Part shown: positions 18,530 to 27,818 of the stretch, piece by piece
Numbering within the stretch: position 1 is the first letter of the stretch
Layout: each line of letters begins with the position of its first letter
Virus record (IMG/VR): IMGVR_UViG_3300015607_005478
Source: an uncultured virus (IMG/VR IMGVR_UViG_3300015607_005478)
Lineage: Duplodnaviria > Heunggongvirae > Uroviricota > Caudoviricetes
Reading direction: 5' to 3' (one strand)
DNA length: 64,000 nt
Notes under the pieces: generated by a model
The model's input: only the letters and a program-made list of their open reading frames with translations
Told to the model about the DNA's origin: nothing
Database searches by the model: none
Made by a program: the position numbers and the translations under genes

Positions 18530-18558
18530 TCTTATCTCTGCGAGATGGTTTGAATTGC
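18530..18558 (-). promoter_or_regulatory. Repeated phage promoter GCAA-N16-GAGATAAGA
   Basis: Motif family member. Confidence 0.7.
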
Positions 18559-18569
18559 AGTAGAGAGCT

Positions 18570-18607
18570 AGTGAAGAAGCCCTGCCCTCTCGGGCGGGCT
18601 CTTCACT
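18570..18607 (-). terminator. Terminator-like hairpin
   Basis: AGTGAAGA...GCCC/GGGC...TCTTCACT inverted repeat just after the stop at 18614. Confidence 0.6.
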
Positions 18608-18613
18608 GGATTG

Positions 18614-18868
18614 TCACGTGTGTCGGGTTGCCCGTGCGCCAAAGGCGCGCCGGACGCCGTACATGACGCCCTCGACGATGAGACCACCGACCACGACCGC
18701 GCCGGTCGCGATCAGCGCCTTCTTGGCGGTCTCGGCCGGGCTGCGTTGGTTCCTGAGCTCCTCCCCGATCTCACGCAGACGGGCTTCCGCGTGAGGACCC
18801 CAATTCTCATTGGTGACCTGCTCGGCCGTCGCGTTCGTGTTCGGGGTGCCCGTCGTGGTCTGGTTCAT
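18614..18868 (-). CDS. Small protein with C-terminal hydrophobic helix
   Basis: GGAGG before MNQTTT...; an internal promoter at 18928-18956 suggests this start, although the frame is open to 19144. Confidence 0.55.
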   Translation of the reverse strand: MNQTTTGTPNTNATAEQVTNENWGPHAEARLREIGEELRNQRSPAETAKKALIATGAVVVGGLIVEGVMYGVRRAFGARATRHT

Positions 18869-19148
18869 GTTGTTGTCCTCCATCCTTTTCGTCGTACTGC
18901 TGTTGAGAAGCGTGTCGCTTCCATGATCCTTGTCTCTGCTATTCGCCGCGGTTTGCTCCACCTCTTGGAGCTCGAGCTCGATTCCAGTCTTTGCCAGCGC
19001 TTCCAGCTCTCGCTGGAGCGCGTGTGTTTTCAGAGTCGGTTCCTTTCCCTCCACAATCGGGGGACCTCCTTGAAGCTTGGTGGCTTCATTCTTCTTGTTC
19101 CTCTTCTTCCGTCGTTTTTGCGCGCGAGTCTGATTTGAAGGCACGGCG

Positions 19149-19400
19149 CTACACCGTCACCGACTTGGCGCCGGAGCGCTTCATTACCTCGCCGCGTGCG
19201 AGCGCCTCTTTGAAGCGCGCGTCGTTCAAGAGCTCGCTCAGTTCGTTCGGAGAAAGGCCGAGGCTGACGTCTACGACGATGCGCGGCTCCCCTTTCTGTT
19301 GTGCGATGACAATGTCGAGCGCTGCGTTGACCTGACCGAGCACTCTCGGCAACGCCTTCACAGCGCCGATGACGGCTTGCGCCACGAGAAAACTGAACAT
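19149..19400 (-). CDS. Hypothetical protein
   Basis: AAGGA before ATG. Confidence 0.55.
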   Translation of the reverse strand: MFSFLVAQAVIGAVKALPRVLGQVNAALDIVIAQQKGEPRIVVDVSLGLSPNELSELLNDARFKEALARGEVMKRSGAKSVTV

Positions 19401-19409
19401 GGGGTCCTT

Positions 19410-20078
19410 TCAGGGCACGGCGATGCATGTGACCGTTGCCGTCATGAAGTACTGCTGCGAGGAGAAATTGCCTCCGGTGCAGAGCCAACCCGACTTTGTG
19501 GGCGCGGCTTCTGCGGCGCTGAGCGGTGCGTTCACCACCAGCGTTTGTCCGAGTGCATTGACTTGCGGGCTGCAGCCGCCGTTCAGGACGATGTCATTGG
19601 CGTCGTCGCAGAGAATCTGCACGCTGCCAGGGTTGTTTGCGGGCACCCAGCCGGACGCCGTACGCGTGTAGAGTCCGCCCTTGCCGGCAAGTGCCGCAGC
19701 GGTGCCGGGATCGCCCTTGTCCCCTTTCGGGCCGGGCAAGCCTTGCGCACCTGCGGCACCGGGCGATCCAGCGGCGCCGGCTGGTCCCGCGGGGCCCTGC
19801 GGCCCTTGCGCGCCAACAGGGCCGGCCACCCCCACCGCGCCGGCGGGGCCCGCTGGACCGGGCGCTCCTGGATCGCCCTTGTCCCCTTTATCGCCCTTCG
19901 GCCCTGGAACGCCGTCTGTGCCAGGGGCACCCTGCGCCACGGTTGTTGTGCTGAACGGCGCTGCTTGCGGTGCGCACGTACTCGATGTCGTCGTGGGCGC
20001 CTTGTCCGGAACCTCCGCGTTCGTTCCGCAACCGACGATGAGGGTCAAAAGAAGTACTCCGAAAATGGTCTTGTTCAT
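19410..20078 (-). CDS. Collagen-like lipoprotein
   Basis: Lipobox (LTLIVG-C), over 20 Gly-X-Y triplets, C-terminal four-Cys domain. Confidence 0.85.
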   Translation of the reverse strand: MNKTIFGVLLLTLIVGCGTNAEVPDKAPTTTSSTCAPQAAPFSTTTVAQGAPGTDGVPGPKGDKGDKGDPGAPGPAGPAGAVGVAGPVGAQGPQGPAGPAGAAGSPGAAGAQGLPGPKGDKGDPGTAAALAGKGGLYTRTASGWVPANNPGSVQILCDDANDIVLNGGCSPQVNALGQTLVVNAPLSAAEAAPTKSGWLCTGGNFSSQQYFMTATVTCIAVP

Positions 20079-20105
20079 GGCTTGCGATGTCTCCCTTTCC
20101 ATTCT

Positions 20106-20134
20106 TCTTCTCCCCGAATTGCTCTTGTAATTGC
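20106..20134 (-). promoter_or_regulatory. Repeated phage promoter GCAA-N16-GGGAGAAGA
   Basis: Motif family member. Confidence 0.6.
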
Positions 20135-20148
20135 CTACTTGTGGCTAA

Positions 20149-20171
20149 CGAAAAGGGCCCACGGGCCCTTT
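20149..20171 (-). terminator. Intrinsic terminator
   Basis: AAAGGGCCC/GGGCCCTTT inverted repeat right after the receiver gene. Confidence 0.65.
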
Positions 20172-20175
20172 CCAA

Positions 20176-20523
20176 TCACGCTGCCCTCGCCGCCTTCTCG
20201 ATGAGCGCGACGAGCTTGGCGTAATCGTCCTGCCCTTTATGGAAGAAGGGTTGGAGCGTTTCTTCGGGTGGACTGCCGGACATGAAGATGACGTTGTCCG
20301 GCAACTGCCCCAGCGAGATCGCCTCCCTGACGAAGTCCCACGCATTGCCGCCGACGACGTCGCGATCCGTGAGCACCAGGTCGAACTTCTCCTTCCTATC
20401 CGCGACGTGCTCGAGCGCGGCGCCGATACCCGGTACATGCGTTACGGCATGTCCTTGACGACGAAGCATGCGAGAGAAGGACTGGGCGAGCGGTTCGTTG
20501 TCTTCAATCAAAAGAACGTTCAT
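20176..20523 (-). CDS. Stand-alone response-regulator receiver domain (CheY-like)
   Basis: VLLIEDN, FDLVLTD (phospho-Asp), IFMSG and FFHK. Confidence 0.85.
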   Translation of the reverse strand: MNVLLIEDNEPLAQSFSRMLRRQGHAVTHVPGIGAALEHVADRKEKFDLVLTDRDVVGGNAWDFVREAISLGQLPDNVIFMSGSPPEETLQPFFHKGQDDYAKLVALIEKAARAA

Positions 20524-20538
20524 TAGAGCCTCCATCCT

Positions 20539-20567
20539 CCTTATCCCCGGAAGTTTCGCGTTGTTGC
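20539..20567 (-). promoter_or_regulatory. Repeated phage promoter GCAA-N16-GGGATAAGG
   Basis: Motif family member. Confidence 0.7.
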
Positions 20568-20695
20568 TGAGGGGCTAAGAAAGGTGGGCCGTCGCCCGGA
20601 TGCATACTTCTCCAGGAGAGCCGCTTCATCTCGACGGTAGTTCGCGCAACCGTCGCCGAGATGATCTCCCAGAAGGACATGCCTGCCCTCGTCAT

Positions 20696-20725
20696 TCTTA
20701 TGCCGTGTAATCGTGTGTAGTTTGC
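20696..20725 (-). promoter_or_regulatory. Repeated phage promoter GCAA-N17-GGCATAAGA
   Basis: Motif family member. Confidence 0.65.
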
Positions 20726-20731
20726 ACGGAT

Positions 20732-20884
20732 AAAAAAGAGAGGTCGTGCTGCGCGAACAGCACGACCTCCCCAGTCCAAGTCCCACGCACATTCAGCTGC
20801 TGGACGTCCCTCAGGCCTTGGGCTGCGTTGGGTATCCGGTTGAATGGGCCGGACCCTTCGTATCGAAGCGTGGCCGCGCTTCAT
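20732..20884 (-). ncRNA. Candidate ~150-nt structured RNA
   Basis: Bounded by promoter 20888-20916 and a strong terminator (GAGGTCGTGCTG/CAGCACGACCTC plus T-run); several internal stems. Confidence 0.5.
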
Positions 20885-20887
20885 GGT

Positions 20888-20916
20888 TCTTGTCTCGTAT
20901 TACTGCATAGAATTGC
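20888..20916 (-). promoter_or_regulatory. Repeated phage promoter GCAA-N16-GAGACAAGA
   Basis: Motif family member. Confidence 0.7.
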
Positions 20917-21550
20917 GCGCATTTGGACCGCGCGCGGCCCACCTCTTTGTCGTGAGCACTTCTTCGAGTGGCCAGCCCTTTGTCAGTCGATGGCTCAGCG
21001 TCGATGAGCTAAGCCCCAGACGTTTTGCCCAGGCTTCGAGGGTGAGCGTCTCGCCGTTATGCGTGAGGTATCTATTGCGCCGTGTGTTGTTCGCCTGCTC
21101 TTCCCTTGTCGCCCACACGCAATTTTTGGGCGTGTAGTCGCCGTCGTTGTCTTTGCGTTCGATGGAATGTTTCGGCGAAGGACGCTTACCCATATCCGCA
21201 AAGAAGTTCTCGAACTTCTTCCAGCGTTCGCAGACCCTGATGCCGCGGCCACCGTAGCGAGCATAATTTGGATTTTCTGGCGTCGTGCAGCGTTGCCACA
21301 TGTTCTGCCAAGCCGTGTACTCCGGCGTGCTTGATTGCGCGTGCGTTGTGTTAGCGCTTACTGCCTCTCGTTGAAGACAGCCGCATGAAATAGAGGTGCC
21401 ATTCTGAAGGGTATCCACGCGCACAAAGCGTTCGACGCCGCAAATACAGCGACACAAGCAAGCCAAACGTGACCGAGCGCCAAAACGGATCTGTTCCGGG
21501 GATCCCAGGACTAGCCAGCGCCCGAAGCGCTGCTCTTGAGATGACTGCAT
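20900..21550 (-). CDS. HNH-type homing endonuclease
   Basis: RFGRW, CRCICG, SCGC, YGGRGIRVCERW, SIERKDNDGDYTPKNCVWAT. Confidence 0.85.
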   Translation of the reverse strand: MQSSQEQRFGRWLVLGSPEQIRFGARSRLACLCRCICGVERFVRVDTLQNGTSISCGCLQREAVSANTTHAQSSTPEYTAWQNMWQRCTTPENPNYARYGGRGIRVCERWKKFENFFADMGKRPSPKHSIERKDNDGDYTPKNCVWATREEQANNTRRNRYLTHNGETLTLEAWAKRLGLSSSTLSHRLTKGWPLEEVLTTKRWAARGPNARNSMQ

Positions 21551-21586
21551 GCTACTCTCCTCCTGTCTCTTATTCCGGAGAATGCG

Positions 21587-24500
21587 TTGCCCCTATCGAG
21601 TTCCGAAATAGCGAGTCTCAACGGTGCCTTCATGCAGCAGAACATGGCAGGCATGCAGTTCAGCAACATGATCGGCCAGGGCGGAAACGTCTACGGCGCC
21701 GGTTCGGGGTTGAGCGGCGACTCCATGATGAGCGGCATCATGAACCGCGGTAGCGCGATTGGCGGGCCGCTGATGTCGGGGGCGATGGGCATGCTCGGCC
21801 TCGACCCAATGTCGCTCGGCCTCAAGGCCGGCATGAGCGCGTTCGGCTCGGGCGCGGGGCTCGGTGGCGCTGCGATGGCGGGTGCGGGCGTCGCGCTCCC
21901 TCTCATGGCCGCCGGCGCCGGCATCCACTACGCCGGCTCGCAGATGTTCACGGGTGCGCAACAGCAGCAGGCGATGAACAACGTGCTGCGGCAGTCGTTC
22001 AACTTCCGCAACTCCTCCGGCGGGCAGGGCTTCGACCGAAGCCAAATGAGCTCCATCGGCGCGATGATGCGCGAGATGAGCGGGCAGGTCGGGCCCGGCG
22101 GCGAGCTCACCTCCATGAGCGAGCTCACGCAGGTAGCCGGCAAGATGGGCCAGATGGGCTTCGCGAATGGTATTCGCGACGTCCGCGAGTTCGGTAGCCG
22201 CTTCAAGGAGATGGTCAAGACGCTGAAGACCATGGCCCAAGATCTCGGCACGACGCTCGAGGGAGCCATGGAGTTCGCGCAATCGGCGAAGAGCTCAGGC
22301 GTCTTTGGCATGAACCGCATGGCCGGTTTCACCTCCGCAGTGCGTGGTGCCGCCGTCGCCGGCGGGCTCGCTGTCAGCGAAGTCACCGGCATGGCCTCCA
22401 TCGGCTCGCAGATCTCACGCTCGGTGGGTGGCCTTGGGCGGCAGGGCGCGATGGCAGGCATCCGTACCATCGGCCAGATCGGTACCGCGCAACAGATGGG
22501 CATTCTCTCGGAGGAGGACATCTACAACGCCACCGGCCTCACCGGCGCCGAGGGGCGTCAGGCTTTCGCTTCCTCGCAGCTTCAGAAGTCCGCGAGCTGG
22601 CTACAGTCTGGTCGCGGGCGGCGCATGCTCGCCTCGATGGCCGACAAGAACGGCGGGCTCGATGAAAGCCGCGTCGAGCAGCTCCTCACTGGTGGCATGG
22701 GCATCTCCGAGACCATGAGTGCTGACCATCAGCAGCTCGGGAAGGTCGGACGTGCGAACTTCATCCGCAACGAAGGACGTCTACGGGGCGCTGCGATGGA
22801 GCGCCTCGGCGCGTTCCTCCCCGCCATGCAAATGCAGCAGTGGGCGCAGTCGAAAGGCATCGACATCAACAACATGGACGACCGCTCCATGCTGTTCGCG
22901 CAGCGGCAGCTGGGCATGGGTCGCGATGAGATGGATGCGGCCATCAAGATGGCGAACAACATGCCCCAGATCATCGAAGCGCAGCGGCGCGCGGGGGCCG
23001 ACGACCAGTACTTCCAGCAACTCGCCTCGGGGCGCAAACAGCGTGGCCTCGAGGGCATCAAGGGCCGATTCGATCAGGCCAAGGAGGTCATCAACTCGAA
23101 GCTCCAGAAGGTCGGCCAGGACGTCTTCAATCAAGGCTCCGAGCAGATCGACGAGTTCTTCAACAAGCTGACCGGTGCGTATGTCGAGACGTATTCGAAG
23201 GACGTCGACGACCAATACCGCGCGATGCGCGGCGGCTCTGCGAGCGCGGGGGCGAGGGCGTTCGGTCTTCGTGGAGGAGGCATCGGCGCCGAGGCGCAGC
23301 GCTTCCGCGGCGGACCTGGTCTGGGCGGTTTTGGCGGCGGGGCGGGTGGGCTCCTCACCCAGATGCGCACCGGCTCAGACATGAACATGCACGAAGCCCT
23401 TGCCGGCAAGGGCATGACGACGACGGACTGGCTCACCGGCGGCGCCGGCGCGTATCTCGGACGCCTCGGCAAGAACCTCGTGCAGGGCCAGTCGGACATG
23501 AGCCGCCTCACCGAGGCTGGCTTCGACATGAGCAACGTCACCACGGATGCTCAAGCTCAGGCCAAGCTGAACTCGATTCAGGCGATGCGCCGCGCGGCTG
23601 CGACGGGCTTCAATGCCGACCAAGTGAAGATGGGCGCTGCGAACGGGGCGTGGCTCCGTGATGCCTATTCCTTCGACCAGATCTCCGGCAAGGCCGAGAA
23701 GCGCATGGACTCCTTCGGCGAGGCGATTGCCAAGAACGGCAGCCCCGAGATGAAGGCCGCGTGGGCGAACGCGAAGACGCCGGAGCAGAAAGCCCAGCTC
23801 ATGGCGAATCTCGAGCGCGGCGCCGGCATCAAAGGGGAAGGCAGCATCGCGAACTCCCTCAACCTACCGGAGGGCATGCGCGGGCAGGAGTTCGGCCGCT
23901 TCACAAGCGAGGGCGAGGAGAACCGCGCGTACGCACGCGCTCTCGGCATTGGCACGCACAAGTCGACCGGAGAGCGCGTACTTGCGGGCGCTATCAGCGG
24001 TACAGCCAACCTCCTTGGCAAGGCCCTGACCGGCGGGCTCGGTGGTCTCGTCACCTCTGCTTTCTCCAAGCAGATCAACGAATACGGCGAAGGACTCGCC
24101 GCCAAGCTCACGGGCTCCGCCGAGCGCGATCAGGCAACGGGCGCGTTCCTGAAGGGCGCCGCCGGTCGCGACCTCATCACCGGTCTTCTTAGCGGGGACG
24201 CAGCGACACGCGAGGCGACCCGGCGCTCCCTTGGTGAAGACCTTTCGAGCAACCCCAACGACCCGCTCCGCGAGGTGAAACAGAATATGGCGGCCTCGGC
24301 CTCTCTCTACGAAGAGATGGTCAAGAACGGCGGGCGCCCGCTCTCGGACGCGCAGAAGAAGGACTGGGAGAAGCGCACCGGGCGCTCCGCCGCTGACGCG
24401 GAGAAGGGCCTCTACGGCATGGGTCAAGTCCTCGATACCGTGCAGAAGCGTGACATGGCGCGCGCCGCACGCCGCGCGCAACAGGACTCCTCAAAGCAAG

Positions 24501-25246
24501 CGGACAAGCTTTCCGGACTCGGTATCTACGACGCGGCCTCGGGCAGCCTCACGACGGCGAAAGCCGCTGAGCTCACCAAGATGGGCGGCAACGCCATGCA
24601 GCTCGCCAACCTCTCGATGGGGCAAATGAAGGCCGAAATGGGGCTGTCCGGCACGGAGGCTGGCGCCGAGGGCGACCGTGCGGCGTTCGAAGCCATTCAG
24701 GCAAGCGGCGGCAAGATCAGCAGTTTCCTTGCAGGGATGAGCGTGGCTGAGAAGAGGAAGTTCGCGCAAGCGATGTCCGGCAGCGACGTTGGTGCTGAAG
24801 CCGGGCGGTCCGCGGCTATGCAAGCGCGCATCGCCTCCCTTTCGCGGCGCGGCGGCTCCGCGAGCGCGGCCGCGCAGATTCTCGGCGTTGAGGGCTTCTC
24901 CAAGGAGCAGCTTGCGAAGATGGACCTCACGGGGGGCGGTGCCGCCGCGCTTCTTGCCGGCGCCGGCATCACGGACAAGGCCGTCGTCGCTCAGCTCCAG
25001 GCGGGCGCGAAGGGCGGCCAGGGCGGTCTCGCCGAAGCTCTTCGCCACATCGTCGAGAGCCCCGAGTTCCGCGATGCCCAGAAGAAGAAGCAGATGGAGC
25101 AGCAGGAGAACGCCGACCCGCTCCAGGCCGCCATCAAGAAGAACAGCGACAAGACGAATCAGCTCCTCGAGGCGCTCCTCAAGTCGAGTGATCGCGTCAA
25201 CGAGCAGCTCCAGAAACTCAAAGAAGACGACCCGGAGAAGAAGTAA
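21587..25246 (+). CDS. Tape-measure-like protein
   Basis: 1219 aa, Ala/Gly/Met/Gln-rich helical composition, essentially Cys-free, heads a structural gene run. Confidence 0.65.
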   Translation: MPLSSSEIASLNGAFMQQNMAGMQFSNMIGQGGNVYGAGSGLSGDSMMSGIMNRGSAIGGPLMSGAMGMLGLDPMSLGLKAGMSAFGSGAGLGGAAMAGAGVALPLMAAGAGIHYAGSQMFTGAQQQQAMNNVLRQSFNFRNSSGGQGFDRSQMSSIGAMMREMSGQVGPGGELTSMSELTQVAGKMGQMGFANGIRDVREFGSRFKEMVKTLKTMAQDLGTTLEGAMEFAQSAKSSGVFGMNRMAGFTSAVRGAAVAGGLAVSEVTGMASIGSQISRSVGGLGRQGAMAGIRTIGQIGTAQQMGILSEEDIYNATGLTGAEGRQAFASSQLQKSASWLQSGRGRRMLASMADKNGGLDESRVEQLLTGGMGISETMSADHQQLGKVGRANFIRNEGRLRGAAMERLGAFLPAMQMQQWAQSKGIDINNMDDRSMLFAQRQLGMGRDEMDAAIKMANNMPQIIEAQRRAGADDQYFQQLASGRKQRGLEGIKGRFDQAKEVINSKLQKVGQDVFNQGSEQIDEFFNKLTGAYVETYSKDVDDQYRAMRGGSASAGARAFGLRGGGIGAEAQRFRGGPGLGGFGGGAGGLLTQMRTGSDMNMHEALAGKGMTTTDWLTGGAGAYLGRLGKNLVQGQSDMSRLTEAGFDMSNVTTDAQAQAKLNSIQAMRRAAATGFNADQVKMGAANGAWLRDAYSFDQISGKAEKRMDSFGEAIAKNGSPEMKAAWANAKTPEQKAQLMANLERGAGIKGEGSIANSLNLPEGMRGQEFGRFTSEGEENRAYARALGIGTHKSTGERVLAGAISGTANLLGKALTGGLGGLVTSAFSKQINEYGEGLAAKLTGSAERDQATGAFLKGAAGRDLITGLLSGDAATREATRRSLGEDLSSNPNDPLREVKQNMAASASLYEEMVKNGGRPLSDAQKKDWEKRTGRSAADAEKGLYGMGQVLDTVQKRDMARAARRAQQDSSKQADKLSGLGIYDAASGSLTTAKAAELTKMGGNAMQLANLSMGQMKAEMGLSGTEAGAEGDRAAFEAIQASGGKISSFLAGMSVAEKRKFAQAMSGSDVGAEAGRSAAMQARIASLSRRGGSASAAAQILGVEGFSKEQLAKMDLTGGGAAALLAGAGITDKAVVAQLQAGAKGGQGGLAEALRHIVESPEFRDAQKKKQMEQQENADPLQAAIKKNSDKTNQLLEALLKSSDRVNEQLQKLKEDDPEKK

Positions 25247-25512
25247 TGGCGAAGTCGCTCTTGTTCACAGGCGAGCTCCCCTTCGGCGTGCCACCTGGCT
25301 GCGCGCCGTGTCGGCAGGAGGTCGCCTTCTCCATTCGCAAGTTCGGACGCATCTACAACTTCAAGCTGCGTGACAAGATCGCTATCGAGGACCCCTACCT
25401 CGTCATGGTGAAGGCTGAGGCCTTCGCGCTTCAACAAGGGGAGCCCTACGCAGGCATCCCGCCCGAGCGTCTCGTGCGTGACTTCCTCATCAAATCGAAC
25501 GTGGTCATATAA
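25246..25512 (+). CDS. Hypothetical protein
   Basis: TAATG coupling to the preceding gene. Confidence 0.6.
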   Translation: MAKSLLFTGELPFGVPPGCAPCRQEVAFSIRKFGRIYNFKLRDKIAIEDPYLVMVKAEAFALQQGEPYAGIPPERLVRDFLIKSNVVI

Positions 25513-26049
25513 ATGCCGGTGCGTAGACCGCTCGAAGAACGCTTTTGGGAGAAGGTCGACAAGAACGGCCCAACCCAACCGCACATGAAGACGGCTTGCT
25601 GGCTGTGGAAGGCCAGCAAGGATGGCTGCGGTTATGGTTGGGTCGGACTGGGTAACAGAAAACTAGGCAAAGCGCATAAGGTTTCGTGGGAGCTTCATCG
25701 TGGACCGATTCCAGATGGACAATGCGTCCTTCATCATTGCGACTTTCCTGAGTGCTCGAATCCGGAGCATCTCTTTTTAGGGACGCAAAAAGACAACGCG
25801 CTCGACCGAGAACAGAAAGGGCGTATGCCGCACTACGCAGGGGAGGAGCATTGGACGCGACACAAGCCAGAACGATTGGCTCGTGGTGAGACGCATGGAA
25901 ACGCCGTTCTTTCGGTAGAGCAGGTGATCGAGATCCGACGGGAGTTTACCGGCAAGTACGGTGAGCAAAAAGCGTTCGCGAAGAAGTACAACGTGGACGT
26001 GCAGACTATTCGACGCGTCACGCAGGGCAAGACCTACGCGGAGGCCTGA
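25513..26049 (+). CDS. HNH homing endonuclease (HNH_3-like)
   Basis: ERFWEKVDK, CWLW, GYG, AHKVSWELHRGPIP, VLHHCD...CSNPEHLFLGTQKDN; C-terminal HTH. Confidence 0.9.
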   Translation: MPVRRPLEERFWEKVDKNGPTQPHMKTACWLWKASKDGCGYGWVGLGNRKLGKAHKVSWELHRGPIPDGQCVLHHCDFPECSNPEHLFLGTQKDNALDREQKGRMPHYAGEEHWTRHKPERLARGETHGNAVLSVEQVIEIRREFTGKYGEQKAFAKKYNVDVQTIRRVTQGKTYAEA

Positions 26050-26051
26050 CA

Positions 26052-27815
26052 GTGCCAGTTTTTATCGAATTAGTGACGGATGCGTTCGCCTCCACCTTTC
26101 AGCAGAAGGCGGATGAGCATGCTGCAACACACCGAGCCGGTGTCGATCGGGCCCGGCGGCCATTGCGCGGCATCGAAATCAAGGACGATACCTATGCGTT
26201 CATGAAGCTCGTTCGCTCTGACGGCTCGGAGATCAAGCTTATCGATTCAAGCGCGCCGGACGGTACAAGCACGCAATACTCGAACTTCATTCTTCAGAGC
26301 GTGCAGGAAGCACGTATGGAGAAGCACCAGATCGTTGAGACGTTCGGCCAGCCGTACATCTACTTCTTCGGTGAGTCTCCCCGCTTCCTCGACGTGCAGG
26401 CCGTTTTGGTCGATTCGCTCGACTTCAACTGGTACGCGGAGTTCTGGGAGAACTACAACCGCTACTTCCGTGGCACGCGCGCCGTCGAGCTCAACGCACG
26501 CGTCTATCTCTTCTACGATGACAACGTCGTTGAGGGCTACGCGCTGATGGCGCAGGCGCAGAAGAACGCTGACCAGCCCTATCAAGCGCGGCTCTCGTTC
26601 CGCATGTATCTGACGAACTACTCCAATGTCACGTTCGTCGGAGATCCGAACTACCCCGTGCGCGCGAGCGTGAACTTGCCTCCATCGGTGAACCTGACCT
26701 CGGCGGATGCCTATCAGATCGGGGCGGCCGCCCTCGATGCCGCCGTCCAAGGCCAGCTTGCGGAGTCGCGCTCCATTCAGGCAGCGACCGGTGCACGGCA
26801 GCAGGCGACCGGGTTCGGCGGCGGCGAGAAGCTCTCGGACGCTCTTCGTGGAGGGACGACGGCTACCGGCGATCCCTTCACCGACGGCGTGCTGCTCAAC
26901 GCCTTCCGCGCGCTCGGCAACGCGGGCTCGCGGAGCTCGCCCCTTCGCAGCCTCATCTCGGACAACTACGACGAGTTCACGGCGTTGCCGCCCCCGCCGC
27001 CTATCGACAATTCACCGGGGGCGGCGGTCGATGATCACGACGGCGAGCCAGAGGCGCAGGACTTCCCGACCCAGGCCACGCAGCGCGCGAATCAATACGG
27101 GGCGAACATCAACAACCCCAACATGTACTCGCGCATGGGGTTCGGTCCGAACTTCAGCCAGCAGAACGGCTTCGGTATGCGTGGCGGGTCTGCGCTCTCG
27201 GCGAGCTTCGGTGTCGTTGGTGTGGGCGTGGGGCGTGCCGGCGGCATCAATGGCGGTCTCGGCTTCACGGGCGTCTTCGCTGCTGGCGCGCGCATCGGTG
27301 TCGGCACGAGCATGTTGGCACCGAATCCGAACTCGCCCTATGGCTCAAGCCCCTACGACCCGCGCGCGAGCGCATACTCGCCGTTCAACCCCACCTTCCT
27401 CGAACAACAGAACCTCTCGCGGCAATTCAACTCTGGCGTTTACGGCAACGGCGTCCCTATCAATCAAGGCATCGTTCAAGGCACGGGCGTTGGTGGCGGC
27501 ATTCCGGGCGGTATGTCTGGCGGCATCGGGCCGAACGGCCCCGGGACGCTCACGCAGTTCTCGGGCGGACAGGGCTACACGCAGCCGAACGGCTTCGGCA
27601 GCGGACAGGGTTACGGCAACGGCCTCTCGGCAAACGGCGCCGTGGTGAACATCCCTGGTGCTCCGTCGGCCTTCTCTACAGTGGCCGCGCCCGGCACGCT
27701 CTATCCCAACGGCAATCCGAATCTTCCGCCTCCGCTCGGCACGGCCAGCGGCGGGTTCTTCATCGGCCCGAATGGAGCCTCGAGCGCGACGAACACAACG
27801 GGTATATTCGCCTAG
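26052..27815 (+). CDS. Putative tail/baseplate-associated protein
   Basis: Beta-rich N-domain and Gly/Asn/Pro-rich C-half; located after the tape-measure-like gene. Confidence 0.5.
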   Translation: MPVFIELVTDAFASTFQQKADEHAATHRAGVDRARRPLRGIEIKDDTYAFMKLVRSDGSEIKLIDSSAPDGTSTQYSNFILQSVQEARMEKHQIVETFGQPYIYFFGESPRFLDVQAVLVDSLDFNWYAEFWENYNRYFRGTRAVELNARVYLFYDDNVVEGYALMAQAQKNADQPYQARLSFRMYLTNYSNVTFVGDPNYPVRASVNLPPSVNLTSADAYQIGAAALDAAVQGQLAESRSIQAATGARQQATGFGGGEKLSDALRGGTTATGDPFTDGVLLNAFRALGNAGSRSSPLRSLISDNYDEFTALPPPPPIDNSPGAAVDDHDGEPEAQDFPTQATQRANQYGANINNPNMYSRMGFGPNFSQQNGFGMRGGSALSASFGVVGVGVGRAGGINGGLGFTGVFAAGARIGVGTSMLAPNPNSPYGSSPYDPRASAYSPFNPTFLEQQNLSRQFNSGVYGNGVPINQGIVQGTGVGGGIPGGMSGGIGPNGPGTLTQFSGGQGYTQPNGFGSGQGYGNGLSANGAVVNIPGAPSAFSTVAAPGTLYPNGNPNLPPPLGTASGGFFIGPNGASSATNTTGIFA

Positions 27816-27818
27816 AAC

